Assembly (NCBI GenBank): GCA_041591755.1
Contig: JBFHRI010000001.1
Span: 1 to 49,698, forward strand
Reading direction: 5' to 3'
DNA from: Oleiphilaceae bacterium
GTDB taxonomy: Bacteria; Pseudomonadota; Gammaproteobacteria; Pseudomonadales; Oleiphilaceae
DNA length: 49,698 bases
A program made the translations under genes and the position numbers. Shown piece after piece: positions 39,360 to 49,067 of this stretch. The notes under the pieces are model-generated. The model was not told where the DNA came from. It did no database searches and was given only the letters and a program-made list of their open reading frames with translations. The first letter of the stretch is position 1, and the number at the start of each line of letters is the position of its first letter.

Positions 39360-40486
39360 TGAGTCAACGACGCGACAACAGTGCCGATTATCGACACCTG
39401 TTTCTCAATGATGTCCCGCTGTTCGATGTCCGCGCGCCGGTCGAATTTCGCAAAGGGGCCTTCCCCAATGCCACGAATTTACCCTTAATGAATGATTTAG
39501 AACGGCAGCGCGTCGGCACCTGCTATAAAAACCAGGGCCAGCAGGCGGCCATTGCGCTTGGCCACCAATTGGTCAGCGGCGACATTAAGCAGCGGCGTAT
39601 CGAAGCGTGGGTTCAGTTTGCCCGTAATCATCCTGAGGGTTACTTGTATTGTTTTCGCGGGGGGCTGCGTTCGCAGTTGAGCCAAAAATGGCTCGAGACC
39701 GAGGGCGGTATTGCCTATCCTCGTGTTTTAGGTGGCTATAAAGCCATGCGCAGCTTTTTGCTTGAGGAGCTGGAAAAAGCCGTGCACGAGTGTCAGTTTT
39801 TATTGGTCGGCGGACTCACCGGCTGCGGTAAAACCGAAGTCCTCGAAGCGCTCGACAATGCCATTGATCTTGAAAAGCTCGCCAATCATCGCGGCTCCAG
39901 TTTTGGTAAACACGCTTCGCCGCAGCCGGGTCAGATCGACTTCGAGAACGCGTTGGCCATCGAGTTTTTGAAACGGCGTGCCCGCGCTCAAAACAAGTTT
40001 GTGTTAGAGGACGAAGCGCGCATCATTGGGAGTTGTGCCATACCCTTGCCGCTGTTCAATGCCATGAAGCAGATGCCGCTGATTTGGCTGGAGGACAGCT
40101 TGGAGCGGCGGGTCGAGCGCATCCTGCAAGCTTACGTCATTGAGTTGCGTGACGAGTTTATCGCCGAGCAGGGAGAGGTGCGGGGGCAGGCGGCCTTCGC
40201 GGATCGATTGTTGCAAAGCCTGGCTAATATCGTAAAACGTTTGGGGGGCGAGCGTTATCAGCGCCTCAATGCCTGGATGAACGAAGCGCTTGAGGAGCAA
40301 CAGCGTAATGGCAATGTCGCGCGCCATCGCGTCTGGATTGAAGCCTTGCTGACGGAATACTACGACCCGATGTATGCCTATCAACGCGAACAAAAAGCGC
40401 AACGCATTGTGTTTTCAGGGCACCATGCACAAGTGGTCGATTATTTGCGCTCGCGCAGCACGCAGCCACCACAGCACGCGTACTGA
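39359..40486 (+). CDS. selU: tRNA 2-selenouridine synthase
   Basis: 375 aa from ATG 39359, overlapping the selD stop (TAATG). Rhodanese region [29 protein letters not shown] cysteine loop and P-loop GGLTGCGKT. Confidence 0.9.
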   Translation: MSQRRDNSADYRHLFLNDVPLFDVRAPVEFRKGAFPNATNLPLMNDLERQRVGTCYKNQGQQAAIALGHQLVSGDIKQRRIEAWVQFARNHPEGYLYCFRGGLRSQLSQKWLETEGGIAYPRVLGGYKAMRSFLLEELEKAVHECQFLLVGGLTGCGKTEVLEALDNAIDLEKLANHRGSSFGKHASPQPGQIDFENALAIEFLKRRARAQNKFVLEDEARIIGSCAIPLPLFNAMKQMPLIWLEDSLERRVERILQAYVIELRDEFIAEQGEVRGQAAFADRLLQSLANIVKRLGGERYQRLNAWMNEALEEQQRNGNVARHRVWIEALLTEYYDPMYAYQREQKAQRIVFSGHHAQVVDYLRSRSTQPPQHAY

Positions 40487-40607
40487 GAAGATCAGAATGC
40501 AGTACTGGGACTGCGTCTCAATTTGCGTATAATCGGCTAACTGTTGCGGGTCTGAGCCCGAGACAGGCAATCACTCGTCTTTTCCGCTATTGAACCGGAG
40601 AATTCCC

Positions 40608-41459
40608 ATGCTCAAACGTCTTATGGCGTGCTTCGCCATGGCTGTCATTTCACTTTTTTCTACGCTTAATCATGCCGAATCCGTGCTCCGCGTTTCGGCC
40701 ATTCCGGATGAGGCTCCGACCGAGTTGCTACGTAAATTTGCGCCCCTAGGCGCTTACCTGGAGCAGCAACTGGGCATGAAGGTGCAGTTTGTACCGGTCA
40801 CCGACTATGCTGCCGTGGTCGAAGCGCTGGCCGCTGACCGCGTCGACTTAGCCTGGTTGGGAGGCTTCACCTTTGTTCAGGCGCGCCTTAAGACGGGTGA
40901 TGCGATTCCCCTGGTCCAGCGTGAACAGGATCGTCAATTCACCAGCAAAATTATTAGCGCCGATCCGGCCGTTAAATCACTGCAAGACTTAAAGGGTAAG
41001 AGCTTTGCTTTTGGCTCGGTCTCTTCGACTTCGGGTAGCCTGATGCCGCGTTACTTTATGCAGCAGGACGGCATCGTGCCCGAACAGTTCTTCAGTCGCG
41101 TGGCTTATTCCGGTGCGCATGATGCGACCGCCGCGTGGGTCGAAGCCGGCAAGGCCGACGGCGGTGTGTTGAACGCCTCGGTCTGGGATAAGCTGGTCAG
41201 CGAAGGCAAGGTTGATGTGAACAAAGTCAAAGTGATTGCAACCACGCCGCCGTATTTCGATTACAACTGGACGGTACGTGGGAAGCTCGACGCCGATTTA
41301 ATCAGCAAGATCAAGGCGGCATTTCTGGCGCTCGACCCGGCGCAGCCCGCGCACAAAGAGATTCTGGATTTACAACGTGCCAGCCGCTTTATCGAAACCG
41401 ACGTGGTGAACTATAGCTCGATCGAAGCCGCAGCACGCGACGTAGGTCTGTTGCAATAG
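40608..41459 (+). CDS. PhnD-family ABC substrate-binding protein (putative selenate/oxyanion binding)
   Basis: 283 aa from ATG 40608, with GGAGA 6 nt upstream. Signal peptide. PhnD-like motifs (VSAIPDE, DLAWLGG, FGSVSSTSG). It lies immediately downstream of selD-selU. Confidence 0.75.
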   Translation: MLKRLMACFAMAVISLFSTLNHAESVLRVSAIPDEAPTELLRKFAPLGAYLEQQLGMKVQFVPVTDYAAVVEALAADRVDLAWLGGFTFVQARLKTGDAIPLVQREQDRQFTSKIISADPAVKSLQDLKGKSFAFGSVSSTSGSLMPRYFMQQDGIVPEQFFSRVAYSGAHDATAAWVEAGKADGGVLNASVWDKLVSEGKVDVNKVKVIATTPPYFDYNWTVRGKLDADLISKIKAAFLALDPAQPAHKEILDLQRASRFIETDVVNYSSIEAAARDVGLLQ

Positions 41460-42280
41460 TGTCTGTAGCCGCGTCGAAGCGCCTTGCCTTGCGGGGCGTT
41501 TCTCTGTCATATGCCGCACAATGGGCGCTCAACGATATTGCGTTTGCTGTAGCCCCGGGCGAGTCGGTGGCGATTATCGGGCCTTCCGGTGCAGGCAAGA
41601 CCTCCCTGTTGCGTCTGTTAGCGACCGCCCTGCAACCGCAACAGGGCGAACTGCACTTGCTTGGCCAGCAACCCTGGCGCATGAGCGCTAGCGCACGGCA
41701 AGGTTTGCGTGCGCGCATCGGACTGATCCATCAGACCCCCCCTTTGCCACCCCGTCAGCGCGTGGTCACGGCCATCGCGGCCGGGCGGCTGGGGCAGTGG
41801 TCATTGTTGCGCAGTGTATTAAATCTGGCCCACCCTTTGGACGCCCCGGGCATCGCGGCCGCTTTAGGTCGCTTTGATCTGGCGCATCGTCTCTATGCGC
41901 GTTGCCATGAGCTTTCCGGGGGGGAGCAGCAACGGGTCGGCATTGCGCGTGTCTTATATCAAGCGCCGGAGCTGATTCTGGCGGATGAGCCGGTATCGGC
42001 CTTGGATCCGGTGTTGGCTGATCACACGTTGGCCGTTTTGCAGCGCGAAGTGCAACAGCGGAATCTTAGCTTAGTGGCCAGCCTGCATGCGGTCGACCTG
42101 GCCTTGCGACATTTTCCGCGTATTATCGGCCTGCGTGCAGGACGCATCCTGTTCGACAAAGCCGCAGGCTGTGTCACTCAGGAGGATCTGGATCGGCTGT
42201 ATGCCAATACGCAGTTGCAGGTACAGCCCGAGCCGCAAGCCTCATCGCCGCGCCCAGTGCATTGTGGCGGGCTGGGCTAA
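41459..42280 (+). CDS. ABC transporter ATP-binding protein (PhnC-like)
   Basis: 273 aa, GTG start. Walker A GPSGAGKTS, signature LSGGEQQR and Walker B LILADEP. Confidence 0.85.
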   Translation: MSVAASKRLALRGVSLSYAAQWALNDIAFAVAPGESVAIIGPSGAGKTSLLRLLATALQPQQGELHLLGQQPWRMSASARQGLRARIGLIHQTPPLPPRQRVVTAIAAGRLGQWSLLRSVLNLAHPLDAPGIAAALGRFDLAHRLYARCHELSGGEQQRVGIARVLYQAPELILADEPVSALDPVLADHTLAVLQREVQQRNLSLVASLHAVDLALRHFPRIIGLRAGRILFDKAAGCVTQEDLDRLYANTQLQVQPEPQASSPRPVHCGGLG

Positions 42281-42292
42281 GGCGTCCTGCTC

Positions 42293-43900
42293 ATGACGCA
42301 AAGACTGACGCGCACGGTGTTGCAACAGCGCGATCCAGCGGCGCTACCGCGCCTACTGATCAGTGTCTTGGCCATTGCCTTGCTTTGGCCAGGCTTGCAC
42401 TACAGTGAGCTCGATCTCGCAGTGCTGTTCGATAGCGAGGCCAATCGCGCGATGCGTCATCTGGCCGCGACTTTTTGGCCTCCTGCTTATACCGGTGATT
42501 TCCTGTCCCTGTTGCTGCGCGCCACCGCGGAAACCCTGGCGATCGCCATCACGGGCATGGCGCTCGCCCTGTTACTGGCGTTTCCCGCCTCTTTATTGGC
42601 CAGCCGCGCCCTCTCGCGCTCAGCACTGCACCGCCAAGGCCGCCCCTCAATCTTGGGGCGCTGCTTGCGTTGGCCGCTGCGTTTGCTCTTAATTATCTTG
42701 CGCTCCGTGCCCGAAATTGTCTGGGCGCTGCTGTTTGTGCGTGCGGTGGGGCTGGGGCCGACCGCGGGCGTGTTAGCGATCGCGATTACCTATAGTGGCA
42801 TGTTGGGCAAGGTGTATGCCGAAATCTATGAGTCGGTGGATCGTCGGCCGGCACAGGCCCTCATGGGCGCCGGTGCCTCGCGTCTGACGGCATTTCTATA
42901 TGGCATTTTGCCAAACGCTGCAAGCGAGATGATTTCGTATACGGTCTATCGTTGGGAATGCGCGATACGGGCTTCGGTGGTCATGGGCTTTGTCGGCGCC
43001 GGCGGCTTGGGCCAGCAGATGGAATTATCACTGCGCATGTTTGCCGGCGGTGAAGTACTCAGTTTTCTGTGCATGTTTTTGCTTTTGGTATTGCTAGCCG
43101 ACCAATTGAGTCGTTTTTTGCGTTGGCAGCTGGTCGCGCGAGCGCGGCCTCGCGGTTTACCCGTCGCACTCGCCGCCGGGTTCTTGGTCGTCGTGGCATG
43201 GCAGTTTCTAGGTCTGGATCTCGGTGGCCTCGGTGCCACCGAATCTTGGCAACAAATGGCGCGGTTTGCGCAGCCCTTCTTCAGCCCTGATCTATCGCTT
43301 TCACAGTTAAGTCGCTTGAGTCAGGCGGCCCTCGAAACCCTCGCCATGTCGGCGGTCGGCACCCTGCTTGCCGCGGTTTGCGGGTTACTCGTGGCCATTC
43401 CCGCGGCCGGACGACTTGGCTGGCCGGCCCAGCACGTGGCGCGCCTGCTCTTAAATAGCCTACGCGCGGTGCCGGAACTGGTGTGGGCGGCGCTGATGGT
43501 GCTGGCGGCCGGACTGGGCCCGAACGCGGGGACCTTGGCCCTGGCCTTACATACCACCGGCGTTTTGGGCCGGCTCTTTGCCGAGGCGCTGGAAAACACG
43601 CCTGCCACGCCTGCGCGCGCGATACGGCTGGCCGGAGGCAGCCGCCTGGACGCCTTTTGCTATGGCACCCTGCCGGGGCTTTGGCCGCAGCTATTGGCCT
43701 ATACCTTGTATCGTTGGGAAAACAATATTCGGATGTCCAGCATCCTCGGTTTTGTTGGCGCGGGAGGTCTCGGACAGATGCTCTATGTGCATTTGAGTTT
43801 GTTTCAGAGTGCTCAGGCGGCCAGCGTTATTTTGGTGATGTTGCTTTTGGTCATGCTGGTGGATGGGATGAGCCAGGCGCTGCGAAGTAAAGCGATCTAG
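42293..43900 (+). CDS. ABC transporter permease, tandem-fused PhnE-like
   Basis: 535 aa with two homologous halves. Each half has a PhnE-type pattern: ...SVPEIVWALLFV...GVLAIA... and ...AVPELVWAALMV...GTLALA... Confidence 0.8.
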   Translation: MTQRLTRTVLQQRDPAALPRLLISVLAIALLWPGLHYSELDLAVLFDSEANRAMRHLAATFWPPAYTGDFLSLLLRATAETLAIAITGMALALLLAFPASLLASRALSRSALHRQGRPSILGRCLRWPLRLLLIILRSVPEIVWALLFVRAVGLGPTAGVLAIAITYSGMLGKVYAEIYESVDRRPAQALMGAGASRLTAFLYGILPNAASEMISYTVYRWECAIRASVVMGFVGAGGLGQQMELSLRMFAGGEVLSFLCMFLLLVLLADQLSRFLRWQLVARARPRGLPVALAAGFLVVVAWQFLGLDLGGLGATESWQQMARFAQPFFSPDLSLSQLSRLSQAALETLAMSAVGTLLAAVCGLLVAIPAAGRLGWPAQHVARLLLNSLRAVPELVWAALMVLAAGLGPNAGTLALALHTTGVLGRLFAEALENTPATPARAIRLAGGSRLDAFCYGTLPGLWPQLLAYTLYRWENNIRMSSILGFVGAGGLGQMLYVHLSLFQSAQAASVILVMLLLVMLVDGMSQALRSKAI

Positions 43901-43911
43901 GCTTGGGTCTA

Positions 43912-43935
43912 TGCGCATCGCCGCCGCGATGCGCA
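43912..43935. terminator. hairpin between convergent operons
   Basis: TGCGCATCGC-CGCC-GCGATGCGCA, a 10-bp perfect stem with a 4-nt loop. No U-run on either strand. Confidence 0.35.
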
Positions 43936-43965
43936 AACTGGCAGATTTGAACCATCACACACGCC

Positions 43966-44841
43966 TCAATGCCGACTCGTGGCGGGCCTGGCTTTGGTGC
44001 TTGTCGGAAGATGGGCCAGCAAACGGCTGGGCTGTCCATCAGCCGAGACAAATTTACCCGCTGCAAAGCTTGGCAGGTAATGTGCGTTGAGCAGGTGGCC
44101 CGCGGCCTTGTAATAAAATTTACGGCCGGAAAATGCCTCGGGATTATCGGCAATACCAATGCGCGCGACGAAGTCGTCGCTGTGGTAGAAATGCTCGGCG
44201 TAAATTTGTGGTAGGTCCATCTCGGTGGCCGCACTAGCGAAGGTGTAAACCTCGAGTTTGTTGAGCAGACGAGCGCGACTGCCGATCAATTCCTGCACCA
44301 GCTTTTTCAGCGCACCGGTGGTGATGATGCCGCCTTGGGAATGCGCGATCAGCACCACTTTTTTATGTTTTTCGAGGGCCTCCTTGAGAATAGAGGCGAC
44401 GCTGCTTTCTAAAGTCGAAATCGGCTGCATCGTGCGACCGACCATACACTCGAGTAAATCCAAGAACATGCCATCCGAAGGGTTGTGCATCAGATGGATG
44501 CGGCGTTGGAACCGGTCCGCCAGGGCTTTACCATTGAGGCGCAGCACGTTGCGGTCGGTACAAATGCCGTTAAGAAAAAACCAGGCCTGACCATCGTCGA
44601 TCGCCGCGCCTGCGGCAGGCACCTCGTAGGGAAGATGCGGTACTTCTCGGAACGGCGCGAATATCGGCAGCATGGTGGCGACCATGGCATGGGTAAACTG
44701 TTGCGCCGATTCATAATTGCCGGGATTACATTCCGACCAGGGTGCACCTTGTTCCAGCGGGGAAAGGACATGCGGCAGGTAGGGCAAATTCTTGATCACA
44801 GTTTGGGCGCGTTGCAGGGCACGGGTTAGCATAAGGGTCAC
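43966..44841 (-). CDS. alpha/beta-fold serine hydrolase (lipase/esterase-like)
   Basis: 291 aa. Nucleophile elbow VVLIAHSQGG (GxSxG type), preceded by an FFLNGI...HNPSDG segment. Last gene of the five-gene operon. Confidence 0.6.
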   Translation of the reverse strand: MTLMLTRALQRAQTVIKNLPYLPHVLSPLEQGAPWSECNPGNYESAQQFTHAMVATMLPIFAPFREVPHLPYEVPAAGAAIDDGQAWFFLNGICTDRNVLRLNGKALADRFQRRIHLMHNPSDGMFLDLLECMVGRTMQPISTLESSVASILKEALEKHKKVVLIAHSQGGIITTGALKKLVQELIGSRARLLNKLEVYTFASAATEMDLPQIYAEHFYHSDDFVARIGIADNPEAFSGRKFYYKAAGHLLNAHYLPSFAAGKFVSADGQPSRLLAHLPTSTKARPATSRH

Positions 44842-44898
44842 ACTCCGATAAAGATGGAACGAGTTGTCGTTGTTTTAGCGTTCCCTGCACGAGCCGAC

Positions 44899-46164
44899 TC
44901 ATCTTATTGATTGAGTATTTGTTTTTTGTTTGCGGTTTACCCGGCGCATGGACTCAGTGGTCTTTGGGGGCGAGCCGGCAAATTGTTCCGAGCCATCCGG
45001 CTCAATATGTTTCTCGCCGTTGATGTGTTGTCGCATCATGGCTGTGGCTTGATAAATCGTTTTGCGGGCGCGGTTCTGATTTCCCAAGGGGCGGTGTTCG
45101 GCCAGTGTGTGCCAGGGATTAAACGTAAGGTTGCGCGCAAAAGCGTCTTGCGCCGGATAGTTAAAACGTTGCGCTTCGATGGTCAATGTGGCGATCGGGA
45201 TAAACGGTGATTCCTTCTCGTTCCAGACGACAGAAGCATCTTCAATCGGCATCAAGACCGGATCGGTTTGCAATTGGATGGCGATATCGAACACCACGGA
45301 CTGCTTGCTAAGCGTCTGGATCATCGCTTCACGCAAATAGTTATCAGACAGCGGCCCGACTTTAGAGGGCTGTTCGACACGCGGCAAAAACGCATATTTC
45401 ACGGCGCGATTCTGGCCATTCAACTGTCCAAACAAGTAGGGCACGCAACTGTAATAGTTCAACTCCAGCGGGTTAGCATGCAGACGTGCATACAGTCCCT
45501 GCATGACCAAGTCTAGGTAATGCGAGTCGAAAGGATTGAGAAAATACCACGCGGGCGTGCCTTTGCCGATTTGGCGTTGTAGCTTAAGGTTTTCCTGTAC
45601 GTTCGGTGTGGTGAAGCTGGGTGAGCTGATGCCCAAAAAATCGACCGTGAACTGCTCATCGTCCAGTAGCTTTTTACCCGGCACACCCATCAGTTTAATG
45701 CCGATACTCAAAATGCCGTTGTCTCTGACATCGGGCACCACACGAGGGCCCGGTCCGCCAAAGCGCACATAGGCCGGATAACGCTTGCCTGGCTGAAACA
45801 GACCGACTTGGAGCTCACGAGGCAGATCAGGCAAAACCTCAAACTGCGCTTTGACCAAACCGTAGGTCTTGGTATTGCCGGCTCGTTCGGCCGTTTTCCC
45901 GGTGTCGGCATACTCTTTTTGCAAGAAACAGTTCATCGTCGTCGTGATGTGTTGGGTGATTGCGGCTTCGTTGGGTTGCAAGGTTTCTTCAGCCAGCAAT
46001 TGGCCATGATCTCGCAATCGCAGACGAATCAGTTTTTGGGTCAGGTGTTCGATCGGCGGGCGCAACCACTGATCAAAGGCGTCGCGGTAGTACGGCTCTA
46101 AACGACGGGCGACGCCGATGACAGTATTGGTACCACGCTCAACCAGTTGGGGTATCAAGTTCAT
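44899..46164 (-). CDS. catalase-fold heme protein (y4iL-like catalase family member)
   Basis: 421 aa from ATG 46164, with GGAG 8 nt upstream. GTG 46182 is an alternative start. ERAGNTKTYGLVKAQFEV aligns with catalase ERVVHAKGAGAFGYFEV. VRFGGPG...DVRDNG..GIKL aligns with RFS...D..RD.RGFA.KF. C-terminal FNPW...RPLGNQNRARKTIYQATAMMR resembles the proximal Tyr motif. Confidence 0.7.
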   Translation of the reverse strand: MNLIPQLVERGTNTVIGVARRLEPYYRDAFDQWLRPPIEHLTQKLIRLRLRDHGQLLAEETLQPNEAAITQHITTTMNCFLQKEYADTGKTAERAGNTKTYGLVKAQFEVLPDLPRELQVGLFQPGKRYPAYVRFGGPGPRVVPDVRDNGILSIGIKLMGVPGKKLLDDEQFTVDFLGISSPSFTTPNVQENLKLQRQIGKGTPAWYFLNPFDSHYLDLVMQGLYARLHANPLELNYYSCVPYLFGQLNGQNRAVKYAFLPRVEQPSKVGPLSDNYLREAMIQTLSKQSVVFDIAIQLQTDPVLMPIEDASVVWNEKESPFIPIATLTIEAQRFNYPAQDAFARNLTFNPWHTLAEHRPLGNQNRARKTIYQATAMMRQHINGEKHIEPDGSEQFAGSPPKTTESMRRVNRKQKTNTQSIR

Positions 46165-46202
46165 TTTGGGCTCCGGGGCCACTCATTGCCGACCAAGGGT
46201 GC

Positions 46203-47645
46203 TTACTCGGAAAACAGAAAACGCATCGCGCGTCGACTGGGTAAGAAGAAATAGCCACCGCCTCGCGTTTGCACAAAAGTCGGCAGCTGCTTTAGCTTGC
46301 GCCGAATCGGCCATTGCTGAATCGTGAACTGATCCTGCATGCGGCCATTGAAGCGGCGGATGCCGGTAATGGGGTCACTATCGTGATACAGCCCGTTAAA
46401 ATTGGCGTTATTGGACCAGGTATGCTGTACGAACTCGAACTGGCGACCGATATTGGCGTTCAAGCATATAAAATGCAGACCGCGGGCTTTGGGCGCTGCC
46501 TCTCGATCGAGGTTAGCGAGGAAGCGCTCGGGGTTCATGCTGCGATCGAAGGGTTTGCCATAGGCACGGCCCCGTCGCAGCAGGCGATGGCGATTGGCAA
46601 ATGCCATCGATTTTTCTGATCCGGGCTCAGGCGGCAAACTATCGCGCGGATGGGTGCGCCGGATATGCGCACCGAGTGGGCATTTTAAACCATCCGGATC
46701 CGTGGCGTGATAATTGAACGCATCCTTGTCTTCCAGCTCGGGGTTATCTTGCTGCGGTGCGAGTACCAGGGGGGCGCCACTGGGCCAACGACCGACCATT
46801 TTGGAGGCGAGCGTAATCGGACACTGTTCACTGCTTGGGGAGGCCTCGGCCTGACTTTTCATATAGCGCCAAAAGGCTGGAACGTCCTGAAAGAGTTGTC
46901 GAAAGACGAGGTAGGTGCCATTGAAGCCGAGATCTCGCAATGTGCTGCCCTCCGGGTCGGAGACCAGAAGCTGGTGTGGGTCTTGTTCAGGCTCAAGCAG
47001 GGGGCGCCGGGTGTAGCGCTCATACCCATTCGGATAGCCCAACAATATCTCACCCAAAGGTACGGGATTGTCTTGGGTGTGTTGCGTTTTATCGAATTCA
47101 GCGATGTAGGGTTGCGCGATACCATCGCGAAATCCAAAGTGCTCTTTAAATTCGCTCAGCGCTTCGGTGTCTAAGCGCGCGATCAAGCTTAAGCCGTTGT
47201 CTTGCAGATGCTGTGTCAGTTCCCCCGTCAGTTTTGCCAGGCTGCTGGGCGAATTGCCGTAGCATAATAACAGCACATCGACAGGAGGAGTTTCCGGGCC
47301 ACCCCAGAGCCAGTTTTCCGGTGCACTATCGCCCTCATCACCGAGAATGTGCCGCTTGTGCGGCGTCGTCATGCCGGAGCGGAACTCGTCGGAAAAGCCC
47401 GCCAGAATGTGTTCGTCGATGCCCAGTTGTTGCAAACCATGATGGCTTAGCGCCACATTCAGCGCCTGTGTTTCAGGTCGTGAGTCGGCATAGTTCACCT
47501 GACCGACCAGGTCACGCAACCAGACCAGTGAGGCATGTCGGTCGCGAATGCTAAGGAGAAGGAATTCGGCCGCGGGCAATTTGCCGTAGCCGCGAACGAC
47601 CAGGCCCTGAATATCATTAAAGTCGACTGCGGGAGCTGAGGCCAT
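46203..47645 (-). CDS. DyP-type heme peroxidase
   Basis: 480 aa. N-terminal DIQGLVVRGYG, catalytic HFGFRDGIAQP (GxxDG), proximal His segment GAHIRRTHPRD, LLRRGRAYG, and C-terminal GGGYFFLPS. Confidence 0.85.
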   Translation of the reverse strand: MASAPAVDFNDIQGLVVRGYGKLPAAEFLLLSIRDRHASLVWLRDLVGQVNYADSRPETQALNVALSHHGLQQLGIDEHILAGFSDEFRSGMTTPHKRHILGDEGDSAPENWLWGGPETPPVDVLLLCYGNSPSSLAKLTGELTQHLQDNGLSLIARLDTEALSEFKEHFGFRDGIAQPYIAEFDKTQHTQDNPVPLGEILLGYPNGYERYTRRPLLEPEQDPHQLLVSDPEGSTLRDLGFNGTYLVFRQLFQDVPAFWRYMKSQAEASPSSEQCPITLASKMVGRWPSGAPLVLAPQQDNPELEDKDAFNYHATDPDGLKCPLGAHIRRTHPRDSLPPEPGSEKSMAFANRHRLLRRGRAYGKPFDRSMNPERFLANLDREAAPKARGLHFICLNANIGRQFEFVQHTWSNNANFNGLYHDSDPITGIRRFNGRMQDQFTIQQWPIRRKLKQLPTFVQTRGGGYFFLPSRRAMRFLFSE

Positions 47646-47717
47646 GGGGGTAATCCTGTGTGAATAGCGTCCTGGGTTAAAAGTTACATGTCGTACGCTT
47701 TGGCTTATGCGGCACCC

Positions 47718-49049
47718 TTACAGGCGCCGCAGCCACGCGCTCGCCTCGCGCTCAGTCATGCTGCCGGAGAGGCCCTTACGAATGGCGGCATTGTTAGCAA
47801 TATTAACCGCCGTTAAATGCGGATAAGGGCTATACCACACCTGATTGTCGATCTGGTGTAGCGCGAGATAGTCTTTAAAACGCTGCTCTTTGCGGGCGCC
47901 CTCATGCACGATCCAACGCGTGAGCGGGTACCCGACACCATTACTGAAAATCAGATTGAGCCCCCAAGCGACTTTATCGATAAAGTCGACCATGTAACTT
48001 TCGAGGCTGCCATCGTAATTACTGGTGAACAATAGGCGGCGGTTGTCATCCAGCAAGGTCCAGCGCGCAAAGTGAATCGTATCGACGCCATCCAGGCCAA
48101 GCAGCGGGATACCGGCCAGATTGCCGTTATTGAATACATGCCGCAGTACCACTTGGGCGGCTGCTAACAGTGCACGAGTGGTGGTCAGCCGGAGCCAACC
48201 TGGTTTAACGTACCCCACCGCGGCAAAGGGGTTGTGGGTGGCGATGTCTTCAGCGGCTCGCAACTGATTAACGCGCGACAGTGGCGCCCGGTGCGTGTAT
48301 TCCTCGTCGCTGAATTCCCGCTTGCGTAGGGCCAGTAACCAGGCCAGCAAAAGCGGCCAGCCCCAGGCCACAATTAGTAAACCCAGGGCGGCATAGGCGC
48401 TGAAGATCGCGCGATCCACAAGACGCGAGAGGAGTGGGCGTTGCGCCGCTTGCGCCAGGGCCCAAGCCAGTTCCGGATGTTCGCCGACGAAACGAATCAC
48501 CGCTTCTCGTACATCGGATGCAGAGCGAAAATCTCGGGCTTCCAAACCATCCAAAAAGGTCTGCAGCGCTTCGCGCAGCTCATCTTCTTGGCGAATCTGC
48601 GCGGCCGAACGGCCTATGGTATTGATGTAATAAGCCTGCGAGGGCAGTTGGTGGGCGCGTAGATACGCGCCCTTCTTCTGCCGGTTGCCTTTGAGCGGAT
48701 AGCCACGGCAGGCCTGCAGTACCTGGTCGAGGCCGTTGCTGTAGAGCAATAACTCATCGAGAAAATCCGCCACCGGGCCATCGATATTAGCCAGAAGGAC
48801 CAAGGTGCTGCCATATTTTTGCGGGTGGTCGGGTCCATCCAACACGATGAAGCGCGCAAAGTGCAATTTGCTGAAGACCGAAAACGGTAGGATCGGATTG
48901 TCGGCCGGATCTTGGTTGATCTCGGCCAGGACCTCGCGTAATTCCGCTTCTTGCGGCTCCTTGATCGGCAGCCGCAGCGTGAGCGCATTTTGCGGGGTCG
49001 GGTGCAAGGCGTCCAACAGCGCTTTGCTCTTCGTGAGTAACCACTTCAT
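47718..49049 (-). CDS. hypothetical protein with internally duplicated HFAR(F/W) domain and a central hydrophobic segment
   Basis: 443 aa. LHFARFIVLD...LVLLANIDGPVADFLDELL in the N-terminal half is repeated as IHFARWTLLD...LLFTSNYDGSLESYMVDFIDKV in the C-terminal half. A hydrophobic stretch, AIFSAYAALGLLIVAWGWPLLLAWLLAL, lies between them. AGGAA Shine-Dalgarno. Confidence 0.6.
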   Translation of the reverse strand: MKWLLTKSKALLDALHPTPQNALTLRLPIKEPQEAELREVLAEINQDPADNPILPFSVFSKLHFARFIVLDGPDHPQKYGSTLVLLANIDGPVADFLDELLLYSNGLDQVLQACRGYPLKGNRQKKGAYLRAHQLPSQAYYINTIGRSAAQIRQEDELREALQTFLDGLEARDFRSASDVREAVIRFVGEHPELAWALAQAAQRPLLSRLVDRAIFSAYAALGLLIVAWGWPLLLAWLLALRKREFSDEEYTHRAPLSRVNQLRAAEDIATHNPFAAVGYVKPGWLRLTTTRALLAAAQVVLRHVFNNGNLAGIPLLGLDGVDTIHFARWTLLDDNRRLLFTSNYDGSLESYMVDFIDKVAWGLNLIFSNGVGYPLTRWIVHEGARKEQRFKDYLALHQIDNQVWYSPYPHLTAVNIANNAAIRKGLSGSMTEREASAWLRRL

Positions 49050-49067
49050 CGTCGCGTTCCTGCGGTA

